DNA of 64,000 nt, from the NCBI RefSeq assembly GCF_018350175.1, contig NC_058368.1, positions 238,144,001 through 238,208,000 on the forward strand, in the 5' to 3' direction. A program made the position numbers and the translations under genes. Below are positions 39,291 through 51,047 of this stretch, piece after piece. Position 1 is the first letter of the stretch, and each line of letters opens with the position of its first letter. The notes below the pieces were generated by a model. That model was not told the DNA's origin. It did no database searches and worked only from the letters and a program-made list of their open reading frames with translations. This stretch comes from Felis catus. Lineage: Eukaryota.

Positions 39291-39526
39291 GGGGCGCCTG
39301 GGTGGCGCAGTCGGTTAAGCGTCCAACTTCGGCCAGGTCACGATCTCGCGGTCCGTGAGTTCGAGCCCCGCGTCAGGCTCTGGGCTGATGATGGCTCAGA
39401 GCCTGGAGCCTGTTTCCGATTCTGTGTCTCCCTCTCTCTCTGCCCCTCCCCCGTTCCTGCTCTGTCTCTCTCTGTCCCAAAAATAAATAAACGTTGAAAA
39501 AAAAATTAAAAAAATAAATAAATAAA
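39291..39526 (+). mobile_element. Young Can-SINE
   Basis: Canonical; perfect 17-bp TSD ATAAATAGAAAATATTC at 39274-39290 and 39527-39543. Confidence 0.96.
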
Positions 39527-39685
39527 ATAAATAGAAAATATTCATGGGTAAGTTAAGGAAGTTTCTTGAAGATATTATTTTTTCCTGACCATGGCAGCAA
39601 TGAAAGGGCATGTAATCTCATTTCAGCCTTTAGTGTCCTTGTATAATCTTGCCCTTACGTTAGATTTAAGATAGTGTTTCTTTCT

Positions 39686-39842
39686 GGGGCGCCTGGGTGG
39701 CTCAGTTGAGAGCCCGACTTCAGCTCGGGTCATGATCTCCCAGTTTGTGGGTTCGAGCCCTGCGTCGGGCTCTGTGCTGACAGCTCAGAGCCTGGAGCCT
39801 GCTTTGGATTCTGTGTCTCCCTCTCTCTCTGCCCCTCCCCTG

Positions 39843-39890
<48 letters not shown>

Positions 39891-39918
39891 AACAATAAAT
39901 AAACATTAAAACAAAAGT
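39686..39918 (+). mobile_element. Can-SINE with expanded (CT)n
   Basis: Canonical head; TSD TAGTGTTTCTTTCT at 39672-39685 and 39919-39932. Confidence 0.95.
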
Positions 39919-40764
39919 TAGTGTTTCTTTCTAGGTATTTCATCCGTATTGAAAATTAGATTGTAATGTATAATTATGTAATAACATACAATTTGAATTT
40001 GGAATTATGTAACTTATAGCATAATCACATGATAATACACAATTATATTATAATAGTATTAAACGAAGTAACTGTAGCGGTCAGATAGGGCAGGTCGAGC
40101 TGCCGTAACAACAATCCCGACACGCAGTGGCTTAAAATCGGGGCTGATTCTGGCTCTCCCAGTGTGTCCACCCAGGTCAGCACGCCACCCCGTCCACGGA
40201 GCCTGGCCGAGCCTCCACCAGCTAAGGTGCCACCGTCTGCCACAGCAGGTGGAAGGGAGGGGGGTGAAGTGCAAGGCAAAGACAGTCACAAGGTCCTGAG
40301 CCCTCAGGCGGTGGGCGAGGGCGCTCACCCCAGGGGCAGCACCAGGAGGCCCCCAGGGCCGGCTCCCCACCACGCGTCACCACCTCACCGCAGCCCCTGG
40401 CCAGACGCAAGAGGGAGCAGGCTGGGAACCAGGAGGACCGGGGAAATCGTGCCTGGAGCCCACCGTGCCTCCCGCGACTGCACAGCCTTCGCTGAAACCT
40501 CAGGGAAGTCAAAGGTCAGAGGATGCAGTCACAGGGGTCTGTGGTGTCCCAGTCAGCTGAGTGGGAGTGGCCCCCCGGGGGGCCCACGGAAGGCCAGCTG
40601 CGCTGGGAGAGGACACAGTGAGAGAAGGTGGTTGGCCCCCAAAAGCGAGGGCAGAAAGCAGTACGCGCAGCTGAGTCTGCCAAGGCACAGCAACGGATCA
40701 GCAATGCAGGTGTGCACTCGTGCATTTAGTGAGCTCCTTTGTCTACGCGGTCATTCGGTCTGCT

Positions 40765-40900
40765 GATTGCTTATCTGCCTCTCTCTGAGGACACGCACGC
40801 TCCCCCGGGCAGACGCCTTTCTTTCTTCTGTCCACTGGTGCACCCCAAAGCCCCGGGAGAGTGCCTGGGACACGGAAGGTGCTCTGTCAGTACGTCCCAC
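40765..40900 (+). mobile_element. L2 (LINE-2) 3' end remnant
   Basis: 'gctcccccgggcagacgcc…tgtccactggtgcaccccaaagccccgggagagtgcctgggacacggaaggtgctc' is collinear with the recalled L2 3' consensus (gctccatgagggcaggga…ttcactgctgtatcccca…agtgcctggcacatagtaggcgctc). Confidence 0.55.
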
Positions 40901-41376
40901 GTGAAGAGTTTCAGCCTCCCGCATGCAAGAACCCTCCTGATGTCTCTTCTCTGCGTGGCTCTCCTTCTACGAAGAATGCCACCCATATGTCCTCATTCAT
41001 TCAACACTCGTTAAGCCCCTACTGTGCGTTTAATGCGCACCTACTATTTACAATAAGTCCCAACCCTCCTGAAGCATGGATTCTAGTGTAGGAAGGAGGA
41101 AATGAGGACAAAGAAATAAAGCAAGGATACAATGTGCCCGACGGCAACAAAACACAGGAACAGAACGGGAGCATATCGGGGCTCACCGCCCACACAGCCG
41201 CACCAGACTTGGGGCGGGGACCCGAGAGGCCTCGAGAAGTTAGGGGGAAAGGGCGTGTGAGACGCCATCCTTCCCGATGGGTTCCCACACGTGGGGACCC
41301 CCTCCGTGGACCTGCCAGGGGTGATGGTGGGGGCCACTCTAAAGACACAAACCCGGGCCTTCCCAGACTCCTCCTC

Positions 41377-41790
41377 TGTGACAGCTTGGACTGTGTCCCC
41401 TCAAAATTCGTACCTTGCAGCTTTAACCCCCAGCACCCAGGTCGCACCCTCCTTTGGAAACAAGGTCATCGCAGCTGCGATCGGCCAGGATGTGATTGTG
41501 CTGGTGTGAGCGGCCCTAGTCCAATATGACGGTGTCCCTACAGAAACGGGAACCTCGGACACAGGCACCGGACACGCCCAGGGCAACTGCCGTGTGAGCC
41601 TGAAGACAGAGATGCGAGCGGGGGTCAGGAGCCCCCAGACCGCCAGCAGCCGCCAGAGGCCGGACAGATGCCTGGGACAGACTCCGCCTCACCGCCTCGG
41701 GGGGCCAGCCCTGCCCACGGCTCGGCCTCGGACTCGTCCCCTCCAGAGCTGAGAGAGACCCCTGGGTTGTGGCTCTTCGTCAGGCCCCCG
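41377..41790 (+). mobile_element. MLT1-family (MaLR) solo LTR remnant
   Basis: 'tgtgacagcttggactgtgtcccctcaaaattcgtac…taacccccagcacc…tttggaaacaaggtcatcgcagctg…ccctagtccaatatgacggtgtcc…ccagccctgcccac…cctccagagctgagagaga' follows the MLT1B/C layout. Confidence 0.75.
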
Positions 41791-44700
41791 CGGAGGGGCT
41801 CCCCTGAGCCCCGAGCTGGGGGTCGGGCCCCCCGAGGGGCAGGTGTGCTTCTGGCCGAGCCTGGTGACCACAGTCCCCTGTCAGGAGCTTCTCATCACGG
41901 GCAAGAAGGACGCCTCTCCGGCCGCTTGTACCCAGAAAACGAAAAGGTTGCTAAATGTGTAAGTAATTTTGACTGAGTCATTGATCTGGATACTTCTAAA
42001 GTAACACAGCGAGTATTTCTGTCACACTTTGAAGTCGGGCTCGGTGGCTCCCTCGCCTCCCTCGGGGTTATTTTCTAGCTATTAAGAATGTCTCCCTTTT
42101 ATCTGGGCCTTCAATTAATTGAATTTCAAAAATACTCTGAAATGGCTTTTTTTTATATAAAAACCAGCCACCTCCTGGAGGACATTCCTGTATGATTTGC
42201 TGCCACAGTAATTAAAAGCCTGTGGTGACACCGGTCACCGTCGGAGCGTCACCAGCTGCACTGAGTTTACCGCCGGGGAGGCGGGGGGGACACTCGGTTT
42301 CTTTAGGTGGCCGGCACCTGTCCCCAGCCACCCTGGAAGGGGACACACCAGAGCCCCCAGGACAACGAAGTACAAGGCAGATCGGTGCCCCAACGACAGA
42401 GCCGCAGCGCTGACCGGCCCACGTCGGCAAAGGTCCCTGACGGCACGGCTCCGTCTGGGGCGCTGCTGGGAGGGGTGCACACGGGCCTCCCCGAACCCGG
42501 GCTGGGAGGGGTGCAGGAGAGGCCAGCAGCCGAGCCCCGATGGCAGCACAGCCCTCTGTGCCCTGCGCTCCACCCCTCTGTCTCCCTCACCTGCGCCCTG
42601 GCCTGGGCAAGTGCCATTTGGTGCCTGGCCACAGGGCTGTTGGCGTGTGATTGCGGAGCAGTGCGCGTGAACGAGGCGGGCGGCCGCGCCGTCGCTGCCG
42701 CCGCCGTGGGAAAATGGGCTTTCGGGCCGCGAGTTCCGGGGAGCACGCCCCACGGGGCTCCTACGGGAGGCCCCCCACAAGCTCACGCACTCGGGACCCA
42801 CCCTGACACTTCCTGTCCCCACCCGCAAGACGTTCTCTCCCAACCCTTCCGTCAAGGACTCCGACACGACAGTCAAACTCCAGGCTGTCGTCTCTTCCAC
42901 GCTTCACGGTACCTCCCTCTGGTGTGGATGCCGGTGAGTCCGGGCTGCGGCAGGTAAACGTTTCAGGCTGGACCACGCAGACTGCACACAGTGTCTGAAT
43001 TGATAGCCTCTCGCTTTTAATAACAGAAACCTCCCTAAAATCTGCCCATGCGTTTCAGCATCACAGACATGACATCGTGTTTCTGAAATGAGGAGAAAGA
43101 AAAACTTCCCAACTCCTGCTCCCTGCTCTCCTTCCAAGCCCACGAGGGTGGGAAAACAGGAAGGGAGGCGGTGACCGGGCGGGAGTGGGGGGCAGCCCTC
43201 AGTCCCCTCCGATCACCCTGGGCCGCGGCCCCCGGCACCTCTGACCCGGGGCCAGGGGCGCGTCCCTGTCCCTGACCCTGACCCCAGCACCAGGCTGCTT
43301 TGAAAGAGAAGCCACTCAGACTTTCTGCTTTAAGTAATTCAGATTGGCGCTGGGCCGGGACAAAGCCCTCCTACAGCCCTGCGGCCCCAGTCCTCAGCTC
43401 CTGGGGGAACTTGCCAGAGACAGCCATGTCGCTCTCCACTGTCCAGCCCCAGGATCTGGGCCCCACGCTGCTCTGCGGCTAAGTCTGGCCACAGAGCCGT
43501 TAGAAGGCTGGGCCCTTCCAAGCCCAAGGGCATCTTCGGGACCCCATGCCCAGTGCTGCCAGGCGGTCCCTCTGAGGCCGTCCTCACTCGGGACCGGTTC
43601 CTGTGGCCTCCCCTTCCCCTCCCCCACTGCCGTCGGAGCCTCTCGCGGGTCCCCAGGGAGGGGGACCGGGGCGCGGGTCCCTGGGTGACGGCAGGCAGCA
43701 GACAGCATCGGGCCAGCTCCTCGTTCCCCACCAGATGCCTCTGCGTGTTGCTGCAACGGCCAGGCTGGGGGGGCGGGGGGACGCCGCAGCGGGGCCAGGC
43801 CCCGGGGGCACGGAGACTTTGTTTCAGATCGCACCCGGGCAGCTCTGCCAGCAGCAGAAACAAAAGACAATCGACAGACAATGAATCCACCAGGGAGCAC
43901 CTCCCACCACAGGGACCAGAGGTGGGGGCGCAGGGGTGGGCGCAGCCCCTGGCCTCGTTCCTGTGCAGGGAGTGCCGGGGGCGCCCTCCGTCGGCCTGGG
44001 GGGACCGCTGCCCTTCGGAGGTTGCACAATGGCTCCCTGGACGGATCACTCAGTCCCGGGGCCAAAGAGAGACTTTCCCTGCCAGGCTCCCTGGGCAAGA
44101 CCTGGGGCATTGCCATCCTTTCCCCAGAGCACGGGCCCAGGAGGCCCTCTCAGCGCAGCGGGAGAGCCACGCTAGCCTCCTGCCCGAGAGGCAGGGGCGG
44201 AGGAGGGCCGTCGACGCTTCGGCCACTTGGCCAGGGAGCCGGGCAAGGTCAGGCCCGGCAGCGTCCAAGTGATGGGACACGAAGATTGGCTTCCAGGGAG
44301 CGGAGTGAAGGGAGGCCCTGCCCCCCAAGGAAGGGCGACGGGCCGCTCAGCGCACCTTCTGGGGAGGTGCCGTTTCCAGGGGCCTGGGTGCTGTTCCGGC
44401 TGTGGAGACTCCGGAGGCCGCCGGCTGCCCTGAGCTCCACGTGGGCCCTGGTGCTTCTCAGACGCCCGCCGCCACGGCCGCCGCTGTCTTGAATGAGCGA
44501 AGGCAGGCAGAATGCGCCTATCTCCCCATCAGGGCTGTGAACACAAACATGCCTTGCTTATCGTCAGCTATGAAAAGAATCTAAGTCCCAGGTAGGCTCT
44601 GCGGGGAGCGACTGGCGTGCTTGTCCCCGTTGGCCCCGAGGCCCTGCCAAAACCATCCTGTGGCAAGAAGAGGGAGGAGGAAGCTGCCAGCAGGGCAGGG

Positions 44701-45599
44701 ACAGCGGTCATCCCTCCCTCGGCGCCCTGACTCCACTTCCTTCCGGCTAGAATCGAGCAAGCTCCCTGCCTTACTCTGGAGGACGTTTCCAGACGCCCCC
44801 GACATACAGGCACCCCTCTCACAACCCCCTCCAATCAGCCCAGGGTCGGAAAGGGTGTCTGCAGGCCCGTAGCCCGCCCGAGGCCCAGCTTCGTGTTTCC
44901 AGAGTGGACCCAGACCGCAAAGCTGTGTCCTTCCCAGAGAAGCCAGCGGAAGCTCTGGGCTCGGCAGCAGGGCCGGGAAGCCGGGACTGCTGGCTCTCCT
45001 GCTCCGTGGAGGAAACAGAGGCCCACGAGAGGCCCGGAGACAAACACCACCCAGCGTGCCGTTGTCGGAGAAGGCAAATGAGCACTGTCCCCCAGCGGTT
45101 GCCGGAGCTTTGAAGGGAAAAAAGAGGGAGGACAGCAAGTAACTTTTTCAGACATTATCCAGGTCAACAAATCTCAGACGTCATGATAAGGCCACAGATC
45201 ATGAGGAGAACAACTCCAAGGTTCCTTGAAATGATGGGGAGGGGGGGCGCAGGGCAAGGTTCCTCCGGCTGAGTGACCTGGGACCCACCCAGACTGACTT
45301 CCCTCCTGGACTCAGGTCTCAGGAGCCACTGGCTGTCCAGGCAGAGGGGTGGCCCCAGGCCGGACACCCAGCCCAGCAGCACTGCAGTCAGCCCTTAGCG
45401 AGCTCCCACTCCGGCCACCCAGTCCTGGGCAGATTGCAGGCTTGCTGTCACCTTTGTGCGGCCACCCCCACCTGCCCACACCAAGGCAGTCGCCGCTGCC
45501 CGGACAGCCCAGTGGACTCGCGCGGCCAGTAGCCGTGGGAGCTGGGCTCCCTCCGCGCCAAGGGGCGATGCTGCGGGGCTGGGAGTGCGGGGAAGGAAG

Positions 45600-47300
45600 C
45601 CGGGGCCCAGAGCTGCTCGCCCAGCCTACTCCCAGGAGGCCTGCGCGCAGCCGAGCCCTCTGCCAGCTCCTCGGAGCGCGGGGTAGCGTGGCCAACGGGG
45701 AGACTCAGGAGAACTGGGGCCAAGAACCAGCGAGGCGGTCTCGGGCGCCGTTCTTCTGGCCCAAGACAGCGGGGCGCGGGGGAGGGCGGCCTAACAGCCC
45801 CCCGAAGGGTCTGGCCTGATGGAGGCGGCCTGCCTTCCTGCCGCCCCGTTGTGGCGGCGCCGTCTTCTCTGAGCCCGGCGTCCCTGCCCCCGCCCCAGGG
45901 CGCCCCCCGTGCCTGCCCCTACGCCCCACGCACCCAGGGCGCGGGCCAGGCGGAGGGGAAAGTTGGCGAGCGCGCGGCGCCCGCGGGGGAAAGCGTTAAT
46001 GGGCGGCCGGGTGGGAGCAGCGCGCTCGCTCGCCCACGTCACGCCGGTGCGGGCTCGGCTGACGACCGCGGCGCCTGGGGACGCCGGCGCGCTCCGCTCG
46101 CCAGGTGCTCCGCCTGGAAATGTCTCCATTAGTTGTCGCCTGCTCCCCGCCGGAGCGCGCGCGCCGAGCGGCCGCGCAGAGCCCTCGCGGGCGGCCGGTA
46201 GTGGCCGGGCGCCACCGCAGGTAGGCGAGGTCCCCGCCGCCCGCCCCCGCCCCGGGGCTCCGAGACCCCTCCCCCCTTCCGGGGAGGCGGAGGCTCCGCG
46301 CGGCCGCCGAGGGGCGCGGGCGGCGGCGACTGCGGCGACTCCCCGGTGCGTCCCGGGCTGCGCGCTGCTCCCCGCGGCCCCGGCGCCCGAGCGGCGCGGG
46401 CGGGCGCGTCCCCAGCGCAGGTAGGGAGTGGGCTCGGCCGCACAAACTTTGCGGGGATCGCTCCTGCGCCGGAGGGCACAAAGTTTGCCGCCTGCCGCTG
46501 GGGTCTCCAGAGGCGGCCGCGTTCGCTGCAAGTTGCGGAAACGGGGTGCGGGGGAGGCGCGGGGCGCGGGGGGCCGACGCGGGGCAGCCGGGCCTGCCCC
46601 GGGACGCCCCGACCGCGCGCCTTTCCCGCTCGGGCGGCGCCCTGCGGGCGGGCGGCGGGGGCGCGGCGGGAGAGCCGGAGCGAAACGGTGGGGGGCGGGG
46701 GGGGGGTGCAGGCGGTTCGGGAGCAGGATTCCGCGCGCCTGCCTGCAGCTCGCCCGCCTCACTTCGCGTGAGACCCGGAGGACCGGCCGCGAAGGAGTGA
46801 CCCGCCGACCTCGGCGCCAGCGACATCCAGAACGCCTTTCAGCGCCACACCCCGCCCGGGGGGTTCGCAAGCAGTGGGCGGGCACCGGCGCCCCGAGGGC
46901 TGGCCCTCGGCCGGCTCCGCGCGCTCCAGCCTCCGCCCTCTGCCTGAGGTCAACTTCGTCGGGCTGGAGCGAGCCCCCGGAGGCTCTCGGTGCGGAGGAC
47001 GGGGTGGCCCCGGGGGACGACTCGGGGAACCGCGGGGAGCGCCTGGCCTCGGCGGGGCTCGGGAGCGAAGCCCCACGGGGAGCGGGGCGGGGTGGAACGT
47101 TAGGGCGCGGCCTACCTCCCAGAGGCCCTCAGCGGCCTACAGCACCCACCCCCGCCCCGGGGCGAAGAGGGCGACCCGTAGGCCTCTAACGTTGGGCGCT
47201 AACCGTCCTCAGGCCCCCTGGCCCTGGGCTCCTTCAGCACTCAACAGGCTGGCAGGGGCACCTCGCCCGAGCTGAGCCGCTGCTCGGTCCCCGGGGAGCC
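45600..47300. promoter_or_regulatory. Upstream CpG island; probable distal IRX4 promoter or non-coding first exon region, possibly bidirectional
   Basis: Extreme CpG density with GC boxes. + strand donor-like sites CAG|GTAGGC (46220/46221) and CAG|GTAGGG (46420/46421) are present, and a matching free acceptor sits at 50444. Confidence 0.65.
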
Positions 47301-48439
47301 TCTCGGGGGGTGTATTTAGAACCGAGGGTCCCTCAAGGGACTTGGGTTCAGCACGGGTTCAGCACGCGCGTCTGTGCAGGAGCATTTAGCTGATGGTACC
47401 TGAGATGCCCACCCTCCCGTTCTGCCCGCTCTGGGAGGGAAACCCCGGGGCCTCAGCCTTTCGGGAAAGGGCACTCAGAGAGTTATTCCGGCGTTTGCCA
47501 CGGGACAAAGATAACCCAGAAAGTATCTCGGTTGCAGGAGGCCGGCCTCAGCCCGGCGCAGGGCGTCAGCGAGATGCCGGGTGTGCGCCGGGCGGGAGAC
47601 AGGCCTGGCCAGCCCTGCATCCAGGATCGGGTCGCGGGGCCTGGGTGAGCCGGGGCAAGGTCGCCAGGCTCCTCACAACAGCACCGAGCTTCCCCAGACA
47701 GGGTGGCCGCCAGGGTGCGGCAGGCCTGGAGCGGCGGGAAGCGGAGGAAGAGGAGGCCTTGGAAAGTAGTCGGTGAGCTTGATTTCTGGATTAGGAGTCC
47801 AGGTTGCCTGGGAGAACCGGGCCAGCGGGTGGGGACTGGGGGCGTCTTTTTACGACCCAGGCTGGAAAGGGAAACGTTGCAGTGATGGTCAAAGGAAGCC
47901 CTTGACCCCCCTGAGGCCTCCACTGACGGGCTGTGCCCTCCAGGGCTCCGAAGGCTGCTCACAAGACGAATGTTGGCGTGTTCAGGGGGCGCCGTTCCCC
48001 GTGAGCTGTGGCCCGGGTGAGGAAGGGCAGGGCGCAGGCCTGGGTGTGCTGCCCGGCAAGCCAGAGCGCGGTGGCTCGGTGCCGCTGGCACCTGGGCGGT
48101 GGCTGTCCTCCCCCTGCCAGCCGAGGGCTCATGATCGCTGGGGTTGGGCCTTGGGAGTGGGGTGAGGACAAGGGGCTGAAGGCATCTTTGCCCCGGATTG
48201 CTGCCCCCGGAGCCCCCTCGGCCACCCGTGGCTCGGGCCCCTCCGTCGCCCAAACCTCATTACCAGGAGAGAGCGAGCTGTTTGTAAACAATAAATAATG
48301 GAAAGTAGGAGGATGTTCAGAAAAGCCACAGCAGAAGCCAGGGAAAACTGGAAGGAGTTGGGAGGGGGGTGGGGGAGGGGAGGAGCAGAGGAGGAAGAGG
48401 GAGAGCGACTGAGAGATTCATTTCTGCCCCAGAAGCCCC

Positions 48440-48880
48440 GGTGGCTAGTTTCTTATTATTTACAGGAAGGTGATATTAGCAATTCAGGTGAGAAAGAAAT
48501 AAACACGGCCGCCACGAGATCAATACAGAATTCAGAAACAATTATTAATGTCATTTGACTCGTGTTCTTTATATATCTCTCCCGGCTACAGACGCTTAAA
48601 CTGTCTGAATAATTTGCATGGGGCGGCTATTCATTATTTCCGATGATTTTCCTTCGCAAGCAGCTCGGACGTGGCCGGCTGTGGTTCAGCGCGATCGGAG
48701 AGCTCGTATTTTCATCTGTAAATTAAAGCAATTACGCAGCAGATATTATATGATGCGTACTGTGGTCTCCAGACAGTCATCAATCACCTTCAACCGAGCT
48801 GTCAGAGCGGGCAGATTTCGTTTCTGGGAGGCAGGTTTGCAGCTGGGGAGAGGGCGAGAACGTCATCATTAATTAGAGGG
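48440..48880. promoter_or_regulatory. Candidate conserved enhancer (AT-rich patch inside the CpG domain)
   Basis: Contains octamer ATTTGCAT (48612-48619), TGATTGAT on the - strand (48779-48786), TGACAG on the - strand (48799-48804) and several TAAT/TAATTA cores. Confidence 0.6.
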
Positions 48881-50072
48881 TGACCCTGGGGCGATTCACA
48901 GGTCTGAACCCAGGAATCTTTCCGAGCAAGTCTGCACAGCGCCGCCGCGCACAGCTCCCCTCCCGGCCGGCCGACCGCGGGAGGCCGAGCGGGGCAGAGC
49001 GGCAGGGGCGAGCCGGGGGGTCCCCGGAGGGCGGCTGCCTAAAAGGCGGGGAGCGAGTTCGGGGTGCCGGGGCGCCCGTTTGCAGCCTGCGTGCTGGCCT
49101 CCGCTTTGCATTCGAGCTGGGTCCCAGGACCGGGACCCGATGGAAAGTCCTGGAGAGGGCGCACGGCTGTCCCCCAGCCCCCAGACTGCCCCGAACGCCC
49201 CGGGCCCAGAGCTATGCAAAACGGGCAGGGGAAGGCTTCCCGGCACTCCCTCCCCTGCACCTAACCCGGAGGGGCCCCGGAGCAGGGCGGCGGAAACCTA
49301 CTCCCCGGAGCGCGCAGGGCTGTCTGGCAGTCCCGGGTTCAGCCGCGAGGGGCAGGGGGAGGCTGGGAGGGCGGCCGCGGAAGGGGGTGGAGGAGGAAAG
49401 GGAGGGCCGCTCGCTGTGCAGGAACTCACAGGACCGGGGGTGGGACGCGCGGGGGTGGGACGCGCGGGGGCGGGGGGGGGGCGTTCCCGGGGGACAGGCT
49501 GGCGGGCAGACGCAGAGCCCCGCGGCAATTGGACCACCGAGGCCCGGAGTGGATGGCTCTGGGGGAGGCCTCGGTGGATGGCTCTGGGGAGGACGCAGGA
49601 CCCACACACCTGAGAGCAGGTTGCCCTTCGGACGCGCACACTGGCAGCCGCATCTGGTTCTGGAACTCCCCGCCCCGGAGCAGGGTTCGAACCGGCGGGA
49701 GGCCGAGCGGAGAGCCAGTTAAACAATAGTCGGGGTCGCGCGCGGGCCTGCGGAGCGGCCCTCCTGCACCTGCCGCCGAGCGGGGCGCGGAGGCCCGGCC
49801 GCCTGCGCCAGCGCCCGGCTAATTTTAACTGTTGATTACATCTTCAGTGGAGACTCGCTCGTGTGTCCCTTCACATGTCTCATTTGTAATTGAGACTAAT
49901 GATTACAGTGGGGCGAGCAGGCGCAGGTGCTCATTAATTAATTTCTAATTAAAAGTGCTTCCCATCCTCGGTGACTAAGGAGAAACGGCATTCGTGGGGG
50001 CGATATTGACTCCACGGACGGAATTCATTTGTCAGAGCCTGTTGTGGCCTCTTCGCCCCGCGCGGCGCCCCC

Positions 50073-50124
50073 GCCCCGCAGCCCCGCAGCCCCGCAGCCC
50101 CGCAGCCCCGCAGCCCCGCAGCCC
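50073..50124. repeat. (GCCCCGCA)6 octamer tandem repeat
   Basis: Six perfect copies at 50073-50120 plus a partial copy. Confidence 0.95.
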
Positions 50125-50520
50125 GGCCGCCGCCAGTGACCCGCACGTCTGCGGCCCGGCCGAGCTGCGCGGCGTGGGCTGACGTCAGCGCCCCCGCCGC
50201 TGAAAGCCAAGCACATTTGACTTGACGGGTTCGCGCAACTCGGTGTTTTTTTTTCCCCCCTTTTTTGCAAAATATGTATTTGTGTCGCCGCTGCGAGGCG
50301 GGCTGGTCCCAGAGCCCCCTCGAGGCTCGGGAACGTGAGGCTAAAAGGCTCGGTGCGGCCGCCGCGGCTCACTTTCCCACCGGGTTAGAAAAGTTTGCGG
50401 GGCGCGTGGATGAATTAACCCGCTCTTCCGCTTCGCCCTCCCAGCGCCTAGGAGCCGGCGGCCCCGGAGCAGTGGCCGCGCCACGCGGGCGACCACGCGC
50501 AGGACCCCGCCGGCCCCGCC

Positions 50521-50565
50521 ATGTCCTACCCGCAGTTTGGATACCCCTATTCCTCCGCACCCCAG
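50521..50565 (+). CDS. IRX4: IRX4 coding exon 1 (MSYPQFGYPYSSAPQ)
   Basis: Typical Iroquois N-terminus; start context GCCCCGCCATG; donor CAG|GTAAGG at 50566, phase 0. Confidence 0.96.
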
Positions 50566-51047
50566 GTAAGGGGGCCCCGCGAGGGTGCGGGCAACGCGGC
50601 CGGACACGCCGGCTGGCAGGCCGTCCAGCGACCCGGGGTCGCTTCCCAGAGAGCGGGGCCTGTGCCAGGCGCTCCTTGCACTCAGCCCCGGGGAGGGCAG
50701 GGGCGCCGAGAGACTCTGACGTGCGGGCCCCCCTTGTCTCCCGCTTTCTTTGACCCTCACCATCACCCAGGAGAGACGTCGTGGCACAGGAGGGCGTGCG
50801 CGGCCTTGGGACCCCCCCCCCCCACACACACACCCACACACCCGGGGTGCGTGCGAAAACTCCGGGGCCTGGTAGGGCTGGTCCCCCAGTGGCTGGAGGA
50901 GGCCCGGCCGAGCGCACTCGCGGCAGGAGGGAACGCGCGGCGGCGTGGACGGCAGTACGCCCCGGGCAGTGGGGCAGGGTCCCCTGGGCGGCGCGCCCCC
51001 CTCACCCCCGGGCGCCGGCCCTTCCTCGCGGCCCCTCTCTCCCCCAG

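Noticed and set aside
45791..47275. Arg/Pro/Gly/Ala-rich ORFs in the upstream CpG island
   Set aside because: Low-complexity translations are open in most frames because stop codons are rare in a CpG island, and there is no recognisable domain.
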